Below are positions 1 to 13,450 of a stretch of 64,000 nt of DNA, piece by piece. Numbering within the stretch: position 1 is the stretch's first letter; every line of letters begins with the position of its first letter. The notes below the pieces were generated by a model. That model was not told the DNA's origin. It made no database searches and was given only the letters and a program-made list of their open reading frames with translations. Origin of the DNA: Paraspadella gotoi (Eukaryota > Animalia > Chaetognatha); assembly GCA_051294375.1 (NCBI GenBank), contig CM119264.1, forward strand, positions 7,697,301 through 7,761,300. Direction: 5' to 3'. Position numbers and translations under genes: made by a program.

Positions 1-599
1 CGCGTGCATATGCTTCATTATTTAGACGGTTTTAAGGAAAAGGGTCGAATAATTGAGTTTTCATAGGAGTGAGACTTGGAGACAAGCAAATGGCAACGAG
101 TGATTAACCTTTAGTTGAAGTTGACATCAATTGAGAAGGCCGTCAGGTGAACGGATGATCTCGAGAAAAGTAGAACAGGCGATCAGGCGATAAGACGATC
201 GGGCAAACCAAGTATATTTTGAGTTGGCGAAAAGTTTTCGCTTCAGGAGACAAGTTTTTCCCTGGCAACGTCATTTTTTATCTTGGATAATATTGCTTGA
301 CAATTCTTTCTGATTTCACTGGTCATCATTGTCTACTCGTAGGGGTATATCATTAAGTCAACTCATCATTGAGTCCAACTTTATCAAATCGGGACGTAAA
401 ATTCATGTCCAACATTTTGCCCAACAGTTCCGCACGACGGTTCTTTTCAATATTTTTTTTTTCTTTTTTTCTCCTCGACAATTCAGATTGGAGATTCGAA
501 AATTTCCCGCCGTTAATTTTGCCCGGACGTGTTCTGGAATTCAGTCTAAATCAATCACTCAATCAGGAGTGGACAAGAAACATCGTCGCCCTCTCTCTC

Positions 600-909
600 N
601 NNNNNNNNNNNNNNNNNNNNNNNNNNNNNNNNNNNNNNNNNNNNNNNNNNNNNNNNNNNNNNNNNNNNNNNNNNNNNNNNNNNNNNNNNNNNNNNNNNNN
701 NNNNNNNNNNNNNNNNNNNNNNNNNNNNNNNNNNNNNNNNNNNNNNNNNNNNNNNNNNNNNNNNNNNNNNNNNNNNNNNNNNNNNNNNNNNNNNNNNNNN
801 NNNNNNNNNNNNNNNNNNNNNNNNNNNNNNNNNNNNNNNNNNNNNNNNNNNNNNNNNNNNNNNNNNNNNNNNNNNNNNNNNNNNNNNNNNNNNNNNNNNN
901 NNNNNNNNN
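600..909. other. Assembly gap (310 N)
   Basis: Run of n bases flanked by CT/T-rich low-complexity sequence. Confidence 0.99.
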
Positions 910-1082
910 TCTTTCTTTTTTCTTTTCTCTTTTTTTCTTTATTTTTTCTTTTGTTTTACTTTTGTATTTGTATTTTTTATTATTTTTATTATTATTTTTA
1001 TTAATTTATTATTATTATTATTATTTATTATTAATATTTTTAAACTCTCTCTCTAGTTCTTTCACTCCCCTCTCCATTCCCT

Positions 1083-1086
<4 letters not shown>

Positions 1087-1162
<76 letters not shown>

Positions 1163-1273
1163 CATCTTTTTTCTCTTTTTTTCACCCTCTTTTCTATCTC
1201 CCTCTTTTCCCCTCTCTCTTTCTCTATCTCCATCTTTTTCTCTCCTTTTTTCACCCTCCTTTCTCTCTCCTCG

Positions 1274-1310
<37 letters not shown>

Positions 1311-1320
1311 CCTCTCTCTC
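1087..1320. repeat. (CT)n microsatellite cluster. Many similar (CT)/(GA) tracts occur through the window, e.g. 7250-7410, 7759-7840, 12886-12999, 14738-14830, 22014-22141, 24705-24812, 25209-25322, 49808-49925, 54207-54292, 60480-60579
   Basis: Direct dinucleotide repeats. Confidence 0.97.
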
Positions 1321-2449
1321 CAATGCCTTAATTTTACGGATTATTAAGCCTCCTTTTTTCGTTCAAGGAGATGGCAATTTTTAGTTCTCTTTCTCGCCTC
1401 TCTCCAGGCGTCGGGGACTTTTAATTTTCCGACCCATTGTAATACAACCAACGTAAATCGACCGAAATTCAAAAACATTTTTTTTTTAAAGTCAGAATCT
1501 GTACGACTGAAATTATTTCCACCCCGGGCTTCTCAAATCCTTCGTAAATTTTTATATTTCATATTTTTTTTGGTTTTGGTTTCAAGAAACACCGACAGGG
1601 AATCTGTTTTGCCTTTTTGACTTTTTGTTTTCGCGGGAAACAACGATGGAATCGACTCGAGCAACCGTAGCATTAAAAACTTTAATAACACAGCAACAGC
1701 TACAACAGCAACGTCAGCATCTGCAACTTTAACAACAATCGGATTTACAATATTTTTTTTCTCTCTTTTCCCCTTAGACAAGTACTAATCGAGATCTGTT
1801 GTCATGATGTTGTCAATACTTACTACTTTTATTTTGTTAAAAAAAGTTAGTAAAAAAATTGCGTGGAATGATTTTTATTCTTCAAATTTCTTCTAAAAGT
1901 TGTTACATTATTTTCGTTCATTTTAAAAAACAGTAAAACTAAAAAAAAAAACTCCATTAAATCATCTCTTAGTCTTACCTTAGTCAAACGTAAAATATTT
2001 CAATTTCTTTGTTGACTTCGAGCCTTTTTCCGTTTTCATTAAAAAAAAAAAAGATTTGAAAACAAAAAAAAAGTTAAAAAATATCATTAAACAAAAGAAC
2101 GAATGATAAAGCAGCGACCGTCGTGAAAAATTGCGTCGCATAAGGAATAAAAATGGCGCTTAAAAAAAGCGATAATAAGGAGTCGTCACTACAGATGACA
2201 AAGGCAAATCGCTCTCTCCATTACTTATGTTCCATATGGTGGATAAATAATTAAGATAGCTCGCAAGAAAAACGAAAATTCAAAAAATTATGGGGAATTT
2301 AATGAATGAGAATAAAGAGGACAATTTGAAGAGCAGTAGTAGTAATAGTAGTAGTAGCAGACTAGCAGTAGTAATAATAATGATAATAATAATGATACTG
2401 ATAATAATTATGATAATCAGAATAATAATAATGATAACAATAATAAGAA

Positions 2450-2595
2450 TTATATTAATGAAGTTATAAAAGAACATTTTTTTTCTTTTATCTCTTGAGC
2501 CATCTTGCCCTTTTGTCTTTGCCCCTTTAACGGTCGAGTAAATCCCGACAAATTTTTATAACGATCTTCCCATATTTCTTTCTCTATCTTTTTCC
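2450..2595 (-). CDS. Candidate terminal coding exon of an unidentified minus-strand gene (GKKIEKEIWEDRYKNLSGFTRPLKGQRQKGKMAQEIKEKKCSFITSLI*)
   Basis: A long C-rich tract ends in the acceptor cccgcctcag on the minus strand. The phase-1 frame is open to TAA and matches the phase of the donor at 4146. No homology recognised. Confidence 0.35.
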
Positions 2596-4145
2596 CTGAG
2601 GCGGGAAAGCAGAGGTTGGAAGGGAGGGCGAGAGGGCGAGAGGCGAGAGGGCAGAGGGGAGTAGATAAGGTGTTAAAAGTGAAGGCGGGAGGCGGAAGAG
2701 GGAACGGGGGGGGGGCGGGGTGGGCGGGTGAAAGACCGAAGCGGAAGGCGGAAGAGATGGCGAAAACAAAAACGTTCCATGCACTTTATAATCCCTCATC
2801 TCGACGCTCGAGCTTGTTAATTTCGTCGTTGTCATCTTCGTCGTCGTCGTTGTTTTTGACGTGACGTTCGTTACATCCGTTCGTATGTGTGTTATTACAT
2901 CTGAGTTTTCACAAATACGGCGAAAAACACGTTTTTCAGCAATGTAAATAAAGTATTTTAACGTAAGGTTCACGATATTTATTTCTAGGAAATAGTGATA
3001 AATCGAAATAAATATAAATTGAAAAAATGTGTAAATGAATTGTTAAGGCTATTTTTATCGTATTATTTATATGTAAAATGATGTTTTCTTTTTTCGTCTC
3101 TTTATATTAGTATGCCTCTTTTAAAAAAGCCCTTGATGAATGTAATAATTTTGTGTAAAGATTAACAATAACCTTTTTCACCTTCATTGCTACCTCCATT
3201 GTCTACCTATTAAAGATCTCGTAAATTCTGCTGTTCGGAAAATGTCACAAAATAATCTCCAGTCAGCAATCTACTGGGGCAACGGGTCGAGGTCCATGTT
3301 CCATTGGACCCGGATGAAAGAATTTGAGAGAGCGGGGGGGGGGTGTCCTTTAAGTTTAAGGATCTTTCTTTGTTTCTTAAAACAAAAGATCCGATTAGGA
3401 CAACAACAACAAGGACTTTCAAAGGGTCTGTCCTCTTCAGTAAAAAACCGATATATCGGGCTTTTAGTCTTTTTTTTTTTCTCTGTTGTTGTCCGAGAGT
3501 CGACGGGCAAATGCCACCTTGACCCCAAGGGATCGACCTTTGCTAGGATTTATTTGCAGCACAGTTCATCCTCCCTCCCTCCCTCCCTCCCACCCATCGG
3601 CCCCCGTCGACTCAACTGCCTCAATCCGGCTTCCTTCAAAAAAAAAGGAACTTTTCGTCAGTTTGAACTTTGAACTTTGGGAAAGTTTAATCTGTAAAAT
3701 CTCAGAAAATCAAATGCTTCCCCACCATATCTTTTTTCCCTAGCCTCTCCCTCCAATGGAAAAGTTGATTTTTCTTCTACGAAAATTCACACTTTGGTTT
3801 TGTTCCCAAAATGAATTTCAGTGAAAATACAATTCCAAAAAGATTCTTCCTTAAAATCATATTCGTCTCTCTTAGATTAAATCATTAACTCAAATTCTCA
3901 TCGCTCGACTTGATTCTGAAATTTTCAAAATAGCCGTGAATAAGCTTAAACCTGACTTTTTCCATTTCGACCAGAACCTAATTTCACACCAAATCGCTCA
4001 CGTGATCACGACCACTAAGGCCCATCCTTCACCACCTTCACCACCTTCACCACCACCTTCACCGCTAGCTCTTATCGTTTTTCATTCTTTTATTTTAACC
4101 AGATTCACCGCAAAGCGACCAGCACGCCCCCATCCCCCCCAGCAC

Positions 4146-4640
4146 CTTCGTGACTCCGCAGATTCTGCTGAGTGAAACACTCGAATAATTTCGTTATTGG
4201 AATCTCCGGCGTCGTTTCCGCTCGCGCCGCGAGGGTCGCCCGGCGCTGCGACGGATCGCCTGGCGCTGCAAAGATCTCCCGGCGCCGCCACGATTCCCCG
4301 TCGCCGCAAGGATCGCTCGGTGTCATGAGGTCTAGACGCTCGGCATCCGCGAGTATCTCCTCGGCAGATGGCGCCTCCAGCGCCGAATCGGTCGTCGCTT
4401 CTTTGACTCGTGACTCCATAGAATCCATCGCGTCTTCAAAAAACGCGTCGAATCATTCGCACGTCAACGTCGAAACGTTCAAAACAGCATCAAACGACTC
4501 GTCGACAGCTTCTTTCTTTCCATCAGTCGCTTCGATCGAAGAAGCGATTTCTCCGATCGAAGCGACACTCGCGGCGTCGAAGAAGGCGACGATCGATCCG
4601 TCCGTCCAATCGTCGATCGCGTTTTCGACCGAAGCGACGT
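4146..4640 (-). CDS. Candidate coding exon(s) of an unidentified minus-strand gene; acidic, protein-like frame with an in-frame TGA at 4453-4455
   Basis: GC-rich island reading DVASVENAIDDWTDGSIVAFFDAAS...STLTCE*FDAFFEDAMDSMESRVKE...QQNLRSHE. It has a pyrimidine tract plus TAG acceptor above 4640 and a GTGCTG donor followed by a G-run below 4146. The + strand Ser-rich ORF 4172-4726 looks like its antisense shadow. Confidence 0.4.
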
Positions 4641-5171
4641 CTAGCGGCGAAAGGATCGTTGGACGCGTGAAGGATGAGATCGGGATGGAGGAGGAAAAGT
4701 CAAAAGGTGAATTGTGTGAATTGTGAATTGGTCAATCTTCCGGCTGGCATTTAGCGGTCAATTCATATCAAAGGTGAAATGTTATATATACTTATAATTA
4801 TAAAAGTGAGGGAGGGGTGTAGCTTACACAACTCTTTTCAACTGTTAGATCACTAAAGTAAACCAAAAAAAATAAAGATTTACTAATAATTAATTTTAAT
4901 ATTTAAAAAAATTATATACGTAAATCAAATTTTTAAATTAGGACAATTGAAACGGAAAGTTTGTATCGTTGGCAGATTGTCAAGTCGTCATACCTTGTCT
5001 TTGCGAACCAAATTTGTGACGTAATTCGTGACGTTCTCCAAATGTCAAAAGATAAAAATCATAATAATTATAATGTCTAATACATTCTTAATCACCTCAG
5101 CACTGTATATCGACTTAAAAAAACAAAATATTTATTTTTTTTGTTTTTTTTTTAATTTTCGGCTGAGAAGC

Positions 5172-5547
5172 AATAAAGGAGTTATTAAAACAACAACTTC
5201 AAATGTGTTGCAGTGTATTTCTCGTGACATGACATGATATGACATGACGTGACATAACATGACTACATGACTACAATAACTTTCTTAGCCCGTGTATTTA
5301 TGACATGCACTGCAAAAAATTTCATCAAATTCCTTTTAGTTTTAAGATTTCCTGAAGGCGACGCTTGCAGTCCCTTAGATTTGAGGTTTTTTTTCTGTCT
5401 TAACTAAAAAGCAACCAACTATAAGCAAATTATATGCATTTTTAACGTAAGTGGGACAGACCGACGGACAGACATACCGACCGACAGACCGACCGACCGA
5501 AAAGTGACTTCTAGAGTTGATCCGCGAGTACACTCGTCGCAACTAAT
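5172..5547 (+). mobile_element. Non-autonomous Helentron/DINE-1-like (HINE) element fragment, copy 1
   Basis: Contains a (CATGA)n-like tract, then a GACC/GACA microsatellite, then the short terminal hairpin-like end tagagttgatccgcgagtacactcgtcgcaactaa. A reverse-complement homologue lies at 60951-61314. Confidence 0.65.
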
Positions 5548-5721
5548 AAACTGAGGGCAAATGAGAAAGAACGATTTGATTGTACGTAGGATTGAGAATA
5601 AAATCAATGAGAGCGAATCGAGCGCGAGAAGGAGAGGGAAATCAAGATAAAGAGAGAAAAGAAAAAAGACAGAGAGAGAGAGAGAGAGAGAGAGACGAAG
5701 AAAGAAGAGAGAGAACGAGAG

Positions 5722-5763
<42 letters not shown>

Positions 5764-5769
5764 AAATTG

Positions 5770-6060
5770 ATTTAGATGGCGCTGACGTCGTTGACGTCGT
5801 AAAAAAACCGCGAGAACAAATATTCCCTTCCGGTTTTATTCTTCGTCTCTCGCCTCTCGAATTTTAAAGGGGGCGCGCCCGGCGCGGATTCCCGCGGCGA
5901 CGGAAACGGCGCCGGATAAACAAAACAAATCTCCAGATGGCACCGGCGCGCTTTTCGTGCTCGGATTTTTTTCCGCGCGTTTAAGAGTGTTTGAGTGTGT
6001 TGGTGGTTGTGTGTGTGTGTGCGCGCGCGGGTGTGAATGTCTAAGAGCGATCTTTGTTTG
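5770..6060 (+). promoter_or_regulatory. Candidate CpG-rich promoter/TSS region of LRP4, possibly bidirectional
   Basis: Tandem TGACGTCG (CRE-like), CTTCCGG (ETS-like) and a GC-rich stretch. A GTAAGC donor at 6350 could close a 5'UTR exon. Confidence 0.4.
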
Positions 6061-6424
6061 TGTTTGAGAATGTGCTAAAAGTATTATTTTCACTTTTTTC
6101 TCCGTTGTGTTTTTTTTTCCCATCTGCGCCTGTTTTGTTTGTTTTATTTTTTTTTTTCCGATTCGTGCTTCAGTTGCATCAGATTTCCCATCACGTTCTT
6201 TGCTTCCTTTTTTCCATTTGGCAAAAATATTATACTAATTTTTTTCTCGTTTTCCTCTTTTGTTTTATTGCTTTTATTTAGATTTAATAATCTTGCGTTT
6301 ATTGATGCTAGTACTTTCTTATTTATTGATTTTTTTTCCCCATTCATACGTAAGCATCGCCAATTTCGTCAAGTTTTTTGTCAACAATTTTATTATTATT
6401 TAGTTTTTTTTCTCCTCTTTTCTC

Positions 6425-6536
<112 letters not shown>

Positions 6537-7247
6537 CGTTTTCTTTGTTTTCCCTCCTTTTTGTTTTCGCGTTTGTTATTGGGGCGGATTTTTTTTTTTC
6601 CGAGAAACAATCGTGTTTGTTTCTAATTAGTAAGATGACAACAACAGCAAAACCAATCGGATGTATCAAGTTGTGATTAGGATAAAACGTGTGGTTCGAT
6701 GTCAGTGACAATAGAAAGAGATAATTCAAAGTAAGATGTCGAGGTCTACAACGACGACAACGACGACGACGACGACGACATTCATTCATAACGACAAAAA
6801 CGACAAGACTGACCCTCTGCGACCCCGACGACAAAGACGACGACGACGCCAACGGATCACGTGATCTCTGCCATTCTGCCATCAACGGCTCGAGGTGATC
6901 GAGAATGACGCCGCCAGAGTTCCGAGCCGAGGCCAGTGCTCGTAAAAAAAACCGGGAGACTTAAACGGTTTCCATAGCGACCGCGCGTGCGAGGAGAATA
7001 AAGGAAAATTCCACCGGGTTAAACAGAAGAGACAAGGGGGGAGGTGAGGGGAAAGATTGTGCGTACGGATTACGTAGAGTAGCGCTTGTTGATTTGAATA
7101 TTGATGACTTCGTTTTATACTTACCTACTTTGTTGAATAATTAATATCAGTCGTTGGAGAAAAAATGGGTTTCTTGTTAAGACCAATGTCTCTCTTTCTC
7201 TGTCTTGCCTTTCTGTCCTTCAGACTGTCTATTTGTGTACAATCTTT

Positions 7248-7280
<33 letters not shown>

Positions 7281-7739
7281 TCTCTCTTCCCTCTCTCTCT
7301 CTCTCTCTTCTCTCTCTCTCCTCTCTCCTCTCCCTCTTTCTCTCTCTCTCTCCCTCTCTCTCTCCCTCCTCTCCCTCTCCCTCCCTCTCTCTCCCTCTCT
7401 CTCTTTCTTCCCCACTTTCTTCTCATCCCTCTTTTCCCTCCTCCTCATCTCTCCTTTACCTTCTCCTTCTTCCGTATTTATCATTAATGAGGCAACGATT
7501 CTTTGCGGTTTCCGTGGCGTGATACAACGACGCAATGACGTAAATGACGTGACACAACGACGCAATGACGTAAACACTCCGCTTCTGGGAAAAATCTTAA
7601 TCTCGAAACCAGTCCTACTCACTTCTCGCCTCACCTTTGCTGACGTTGAGACATTCACTTACCTCGTAAAGTTGGGTGACGAGGCGAGAAATTGCATGAG
7701 GTTAGGGTCCTTGATTTACTGTCTCTACCTTCTAGTAAT

Positions 7740-7842
<103 letters not shown>

Positions 7843-8412
7843 AGCGTCGACTAATCGGCGTCAACGTGGATCCGCCTCCGCTTCGCCTCCGGCATTTTTG
7901 TCCTCGGCTCAACGCGTTCGGATTAAGGCGTCGGTTTTCGTCGCCGGAAAATCGGGCGACGACGACGACGACAATGATGACGACGACATCGACGAAGTCG
8001 AAAATCGGCGACGGAAAGAGGTCAACGGAAGCCAATCGGGAAGGACGAATCAGTCTTCGACTCGGAAGAGAAATGACGCAATCGCGAAGGGGACGACGAC
8101 AACGACAACAACAACAACGAGGAGAATTTAGCGATCTTCGGTCTTTCGATGAATCTTCGTCTAAGAATCGGATTGTCAACGGAGCTCCTTTCCCAATCGC
8201 CCCGTCGACCCTCTTCGGCTCCGCCCGAGACGCTCGCCACTCATCGATCCTCAACATCCGGGATACTCGCGCCACGTCCCGCGTTCCTTCCTCCTCCGCT
8301 CCTTCGACTCGCTCCAACGCCCTCTCCTCTCATTCTTTTAAATCCCCCGGATTCACGTCCGTTCCTTCTCCTCCCTCTCTCTCCGTCGAGACGAGGAAAT
8401 GTTTTGAAAAAC

Positions 8413-8734
8413 ATGGATTATTACGTCGACGAGGAACAAGGATTCAACGACAACAACGACAACAACGACGACTGCGAAGACAACGCCGAGAATTCGATTG
8501 GCGGCGTGCCAACGTCCGCGGAAAACAAGGACGACGGCGACAAAAGACCAACGACATCTCGGAGTCGTGGAAACGTCGCGCGACGACGACGAGACGACAA
8601 CGACGACGCGTCAACAGCCACCACCGCTCTCTCCGTGTTGATGCCGGCCATGATGGGAACGACGACGACGACGACGACGAAGACCACGACAGAGATCTGC
8701 GCAAAGCCGGGGAACCTACGTACGAGTAAAAAAG
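8413..8734 (+). CDS. LRP4: Putative first coding exon of LRP4 (MDYYVDEEQG...RTSKK). The exon may begin at 7843, and an in-frame upstream ATG lies at 8149
   Basis: (CT)n-CAG acceptor ending at 7842, aaacATGG start context, and a phase-1 GTGAGA donor at 8735 that matches the phase of exon 14448. Confidence 0.5.
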
Positions 8735-9767
8735 GTGAGATGGGAAAAGGAGAGACAGTAGGAAATATGGGGCGTGTGGGGTGAGGTAGAAAGAGAGAAG
8801 AATGAAATATGAAGAAGAGAATAAAGAGGGGGATGCAGAATTGAAAGGAGTGAAAATGAATGGTCAAATGAAAAATGTGGATGAATATTATTAAGAACAA
8901 AAAAGCAAAATAGAAGATGGCGGGTGAATTGATACGTGTGAAACGTGAGAGAAAGAAAAGAGATTACTATGAGTAAGGGAAGGTTTTTTTTTGAAGCGAA
9001 AATGACACGAGACTGCAAAGCGTGAAGCGTCGACCAGGCGAAGGGAAATGAGAATCCCTCCGCGGCTCTGGGGTGGCTGGAGCTGCGGGGGCAGCGGCGA
9101 CGAAGAGGCGGCAGGTTAGAGAGGGATAACGCCGTTCAAAGTGGGCGTGTCTAGAGCGTTGGTCTTGGTGTCGTGACAGCCTTTGTTGTCGGGTCAGCAT
9201 TCGAAGGTCTGCCGATGTCATGCCAGCGTTTGCGGGGAGGGCGAGAGAAATGTTTAGGGTGAAACTCCGGTTTATTATTTGACGGTTTATTATTCGGCAC
9301 GGTTCGGCTCCTGGCGTCAGAATGTGACCGGAAATGGTTGGCGTTGTGAAAACATTCGCGCAATTATTGTCGGGCGAAGAGAAAGGGAAAAAAAGGGTGA
9401 ACAGAAAAATCATTGAAGAATATAATGTAGTGATTCAAATCCAGTTTTACGTGATGTTGGAAAAATAAGAAAAAATGTGGCAATAGTAAGCTAATACTTT
9501 AAATGTTATACATATAAGTAGAAGAAACAATTAGAGGCGAAAGGAAATAAGATTGAGACTGTAGGAAGATTGAGCGGAGAAGCAGCTTACATTAATGAAA
9601 TTACAATTTGTGAAATGAAGAAACATTACGGAGAAAAGCGAGAAATGAAAAGAGAAAAAAAATTGAAGTTATCACAAAGAAGATATTAAACATCTGCGAC
9701 GGAGCACTTCCTTACTCGGTAAAAAAAAAATGGTAATAGTAACTAAATAAATAGTATGCACCACTAG

Positions 9768-9936
9768 GTACCGGGTTCAATCCCAACCCGGTACATACCC
9801 TGCGGGAAGTGTGAGGACGGCCGTTAAACGCCTTGGGAGCCTGGAAAACCCCCAAGCCTGGTTCCAAGCCCAGGACTTGTTCCATAACAGCTAGAGTTAC
9901 GGATAGTCATCTTCAGTCCACTTCGCGCCTTTTCCG
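9768..9936 (+). mobile_element. tRNA-derived SINE-like fragment
   Basis: B-box-like GGGTTCAATCCC lies within a perfect 10-bp stem (gtaccgggtt/aacccggtac). The 3' ~85 nt recur in reverse complement at 20170-20266. Confidence 0.55.
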
Positions 9937-12339
9937 AATATCATCGTAATATGACGCTCCTTTTAGCCGTCTTACTAACTAAAAAATTATTTCCTTTAAG
10001 AATGACTCGCCAATATTTAAAGAATATAGTTATACTTATCGCCTTGTGCTAAAAGGTTAAAATGATGGATTAATCCTAAAAAAAACTTTCCGAAGAAAAA
10101 AAAATTATCAGAACGAGAATTAGAGGAAGAAAACGCGGAGAGAGATCAAGGGAAGCGAACTCACTTTGTGATAAACGACTTTTATTGGATTCGGGGGGAA
10201 AGGGGAAAAAAATAAGAGGAAAAAGAAGAAGATTAATAATAATAACGAAAAAAAAAAATAGGAAAGAAGAGAAAATTCGCGTTTGTAAACCGATCGATCT
10301 TTGAAGAAGCCCGAAAAAAAAATCGGAAATCGAATATGTACGCATAAAAACGTTATTCTTGTTCATAAAATTTAAAATTTAACACAGAAACCATTGGAAA
10401 TAAAGGTCACAGAAAATATATCATAATGCAGTCTACCTATTTGGCTCTAAAGCTTGGGACAGCAGAGCGCCCAAAAAAAATTATCGAATATTCATACAAA
10501 CTCGATCCTTCCATTTTGTCGCAAATGAAAACAAACGTTGCGACGATGTCGAAGTCCGGATGGAAGCGACGGTTATTACTTCCCCGGATGAAACCGACGT
10601 CGACGCGAAGAAGAACCGATTTCCTCCTAAATCGAATTTTCCGCGAATTTTTTTTTTTTTTTTACGCGACGACAAAAAAATTCGGAGAAAAGAATAAACG
10701 AATAAAAATTCGGTGTCTCCCCATTCTTGTCACAGACGGGCATCGTAGAGATTTCAGGTTTTATTTGAATATTTTTTTTTTTTTTTGCATGTTGTCGTTT
10801 TACTGTTGTTCCTTTTGAAAATTTTTTTAGGGTAAAACCAAAGTAATATTTCTATCAAAGACAATTCTTAACCCGTCTTGGTAATTGTAAACATATAATA
10901 CTCTAAAGACTTGAGCAATGATCAATCTTACTTTTTGTCGTCTTTCTTGTCTTCTCTGTACCTGTCCCTTCTTTTTTCCATTTTGCGTCATATGCGCTCC
11001 GAGTCACGATTTATAAAGTTCATTCTGTACAAGATGTCACGCCTCGCCATTGTCTCTCTCTTAACTTTTCCCAGGCCAGTTTTCTTATCGGTCAATACTT
11101 TTTAGCGGCATTTTAGCTGAAGCCTCGTATTCCGAGAGAGAAAGCTTTTTTGACTTTAGATTCATTCGAAATCTCACAAATTTCGTTCGCCCGGAGGAAA
11201 TTGCGTTTTTACTAGCTTTCCGGTGGATTTTTTATGTAAAAATAAAGTCTAAATATTAAATACAACTTTTTCTTATTAATTCTTCGGCAATACTCATGTT
11301 AAAACATGTCGACCGGCGATACAACGACAACGGCATAGAAAAGACAAAAATGTATTTTTCGATCGGCGGAGTCATTGCTGTACATTTTTGCATCGAATAC
11401 CGGCGAGCCCGGTTAATTCGAAGCGTTTTTCACAGTGTGTTCTATATTTTAAAAAGAGTCCTAAATAATATCTGGCACGTGTAAGCATTGTCGCTTTGGT
11501 ATTTGTACCGCATGCCCCGATCTAGTTATATCTAGTATTCGTTACCAACTCGCAAACATATCCATTATTATCCAACGGTTTCTCTCCAGACACGCTAGAA
11601 ATATCTCGAGAAGATAAAAATGACATTTCATAGAAACTCGCTGGTTCGTTCTTCCGGGCGGGGAAATATTAATCGACTCGGGTTAAATTTAAATGAGCGA
11701 AAAAGATTGATTTACGTTTCCCTTCGTCCCGCGGATGAGTTTCTCTCGGGGGGGGGGGCGAAAGCTTAAATCATTTCCAGTTCTCGGTGTGGGCGTTTTA
11801 ATCGCTCGCCTCGGCCGATAAAAATGGCGCGGAAGATTGGCACAAAGCAGTGGCGCGGCGGAATGGCGTAGAGAAATTGACCTTTATTTAAGGCGATGGG
11901 ACGAATCGGTTAGTTCTGTGGACGAACGGGCACAGTGGCCTCGGATAGTCAAATAAGTGAGAATGACCAGATCTTGCGGTGACACATGGATCGAATGATC
12001 TGTGATAGAAATAATATGGTATTTGGATTGCACAATCAGGCTTCCCCAAAGCCAAACGTCGAAGATGCTGCAAAGAGTTTTAGACTCAAAATGGGAAATA
12101 GCGATAACGAAGAAGCTCGATCGTTTCGAACGATGAAAGCAACGTGAAGATCACTCCACACTCATCAGGCAACATCGAAAACGCCTTCAAAGAAAAGCCG
12201 TCAATTTTTTTGAAAAAGTTGAAAAGTTTTTTGAAAATGAAAAAACTTATGAAGGTAGAAAATTAGCTTTGACAGGGATAAATAAGCGAGCGTAAAAATT
12301 TTGAAAAAAAAAGTGAGAGATTTAGTAGAGGGAAGGAAG

Positions 12340-12386
<47 letters not shown>

Positions 12387-12881
12387 GGCGCGATGAACGA
12401 TTTTTCACTCTTTTTTTTTATCTTCTCTTGAGACTAAACCTTTGGACGATGACATCGACGGGTCATGCAAGGTCTTTAAAGGCCATAGAAGGTCATCTAG
12501 AGGACATCGAAGGTCAAAACAGGTCGCCAGAAAACCTCTCTTCTCTGGAGACAAGGTTCGAACGCCCCTTGGGATTCAGAGTCGGCTTCATTGACGTTCG
12601 CTTTGTGCTTCGATGAGGCGCCGATTTGATTGAGGGAATAAGAAAGTTAAGAAGAAGAAGAAAAGAAAGGAAGAACAAAAATGAGATCTGCATCGAGGAA
12701 GAAAACGAGAACGAGGAAGAGGAAGAGGAAAAAGGAAGAAGAGGAAGATAATGTCAAAGATGGGCTCCATTTCCTTCAATAAAGAAATATGGCCGAAGGA
12801 AAAAAGTCGCCTCGTCCCCGCCGACGAAATCGGGTTATAACAATGAAGCATCAAAAGCCGCTTCATGGCCTTGGATGAGCT

Positions 12882-13002
<121 letters not shown>

Positions 13003-13149
13003 TCAAATCTCATAATCCCAAAACCACAGTTGTCTTTTCGACCGTTATGGCCAACGTTCGGCCATTTTTCCGCTCCCATTGGCCGAAGAAGATCAGATGC
13101 GCCCGACGATAGTGACGTCGCTAACGATTGCGTCATCCTGCCAACACGT

Positions 13150-13450
13150 TGATGGCACAGCGACAGGATGGCAAGATGACATTATGGCTCGATGACACGA
13201 TGACATATTGGCGAAATGAAACAGTGAAACGCTGGGACGAGGATATGATAGCATTATGAATCGATGTCAATTTGTTTCAATGGAAAGATGGCACTATCGC
13301 ACGATGGCACGGTAGCATGTTGACGTGATTAATTGACTATATTATGGCGTGATGACACGATGGCACAATGATACAATGAAACCCGCATATGCCGATACCA
13401 CGGCTGCGATGTCACCATGATATGATGACACGATGGCACTATGGCATCGT
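13150..13450. repeat. Decayed short-period tandem repeat (ATGGCACG/ATGACACG-like)
   Basis: Recurring gatggcac/gatgacac words at roughly 8-10 nt spacing. Confidence 0.7.

Noticed and set aside
329-1384. Long ORFs 329-1384 and 369-1004
   Set aside because: They are open only because of the N gap and CT/T-rich repeats.
4172-4726. + strand Ser/Ala-rich 184 aa ORF
   Set aside because: Its composition is the typical antisense shadow of an acidic minus-strand frame.
9768-9794. tRNA gene
   Set aside because: Only a T-arm/B-box-like hairpin is present; there is no cloverleaf or A-box.
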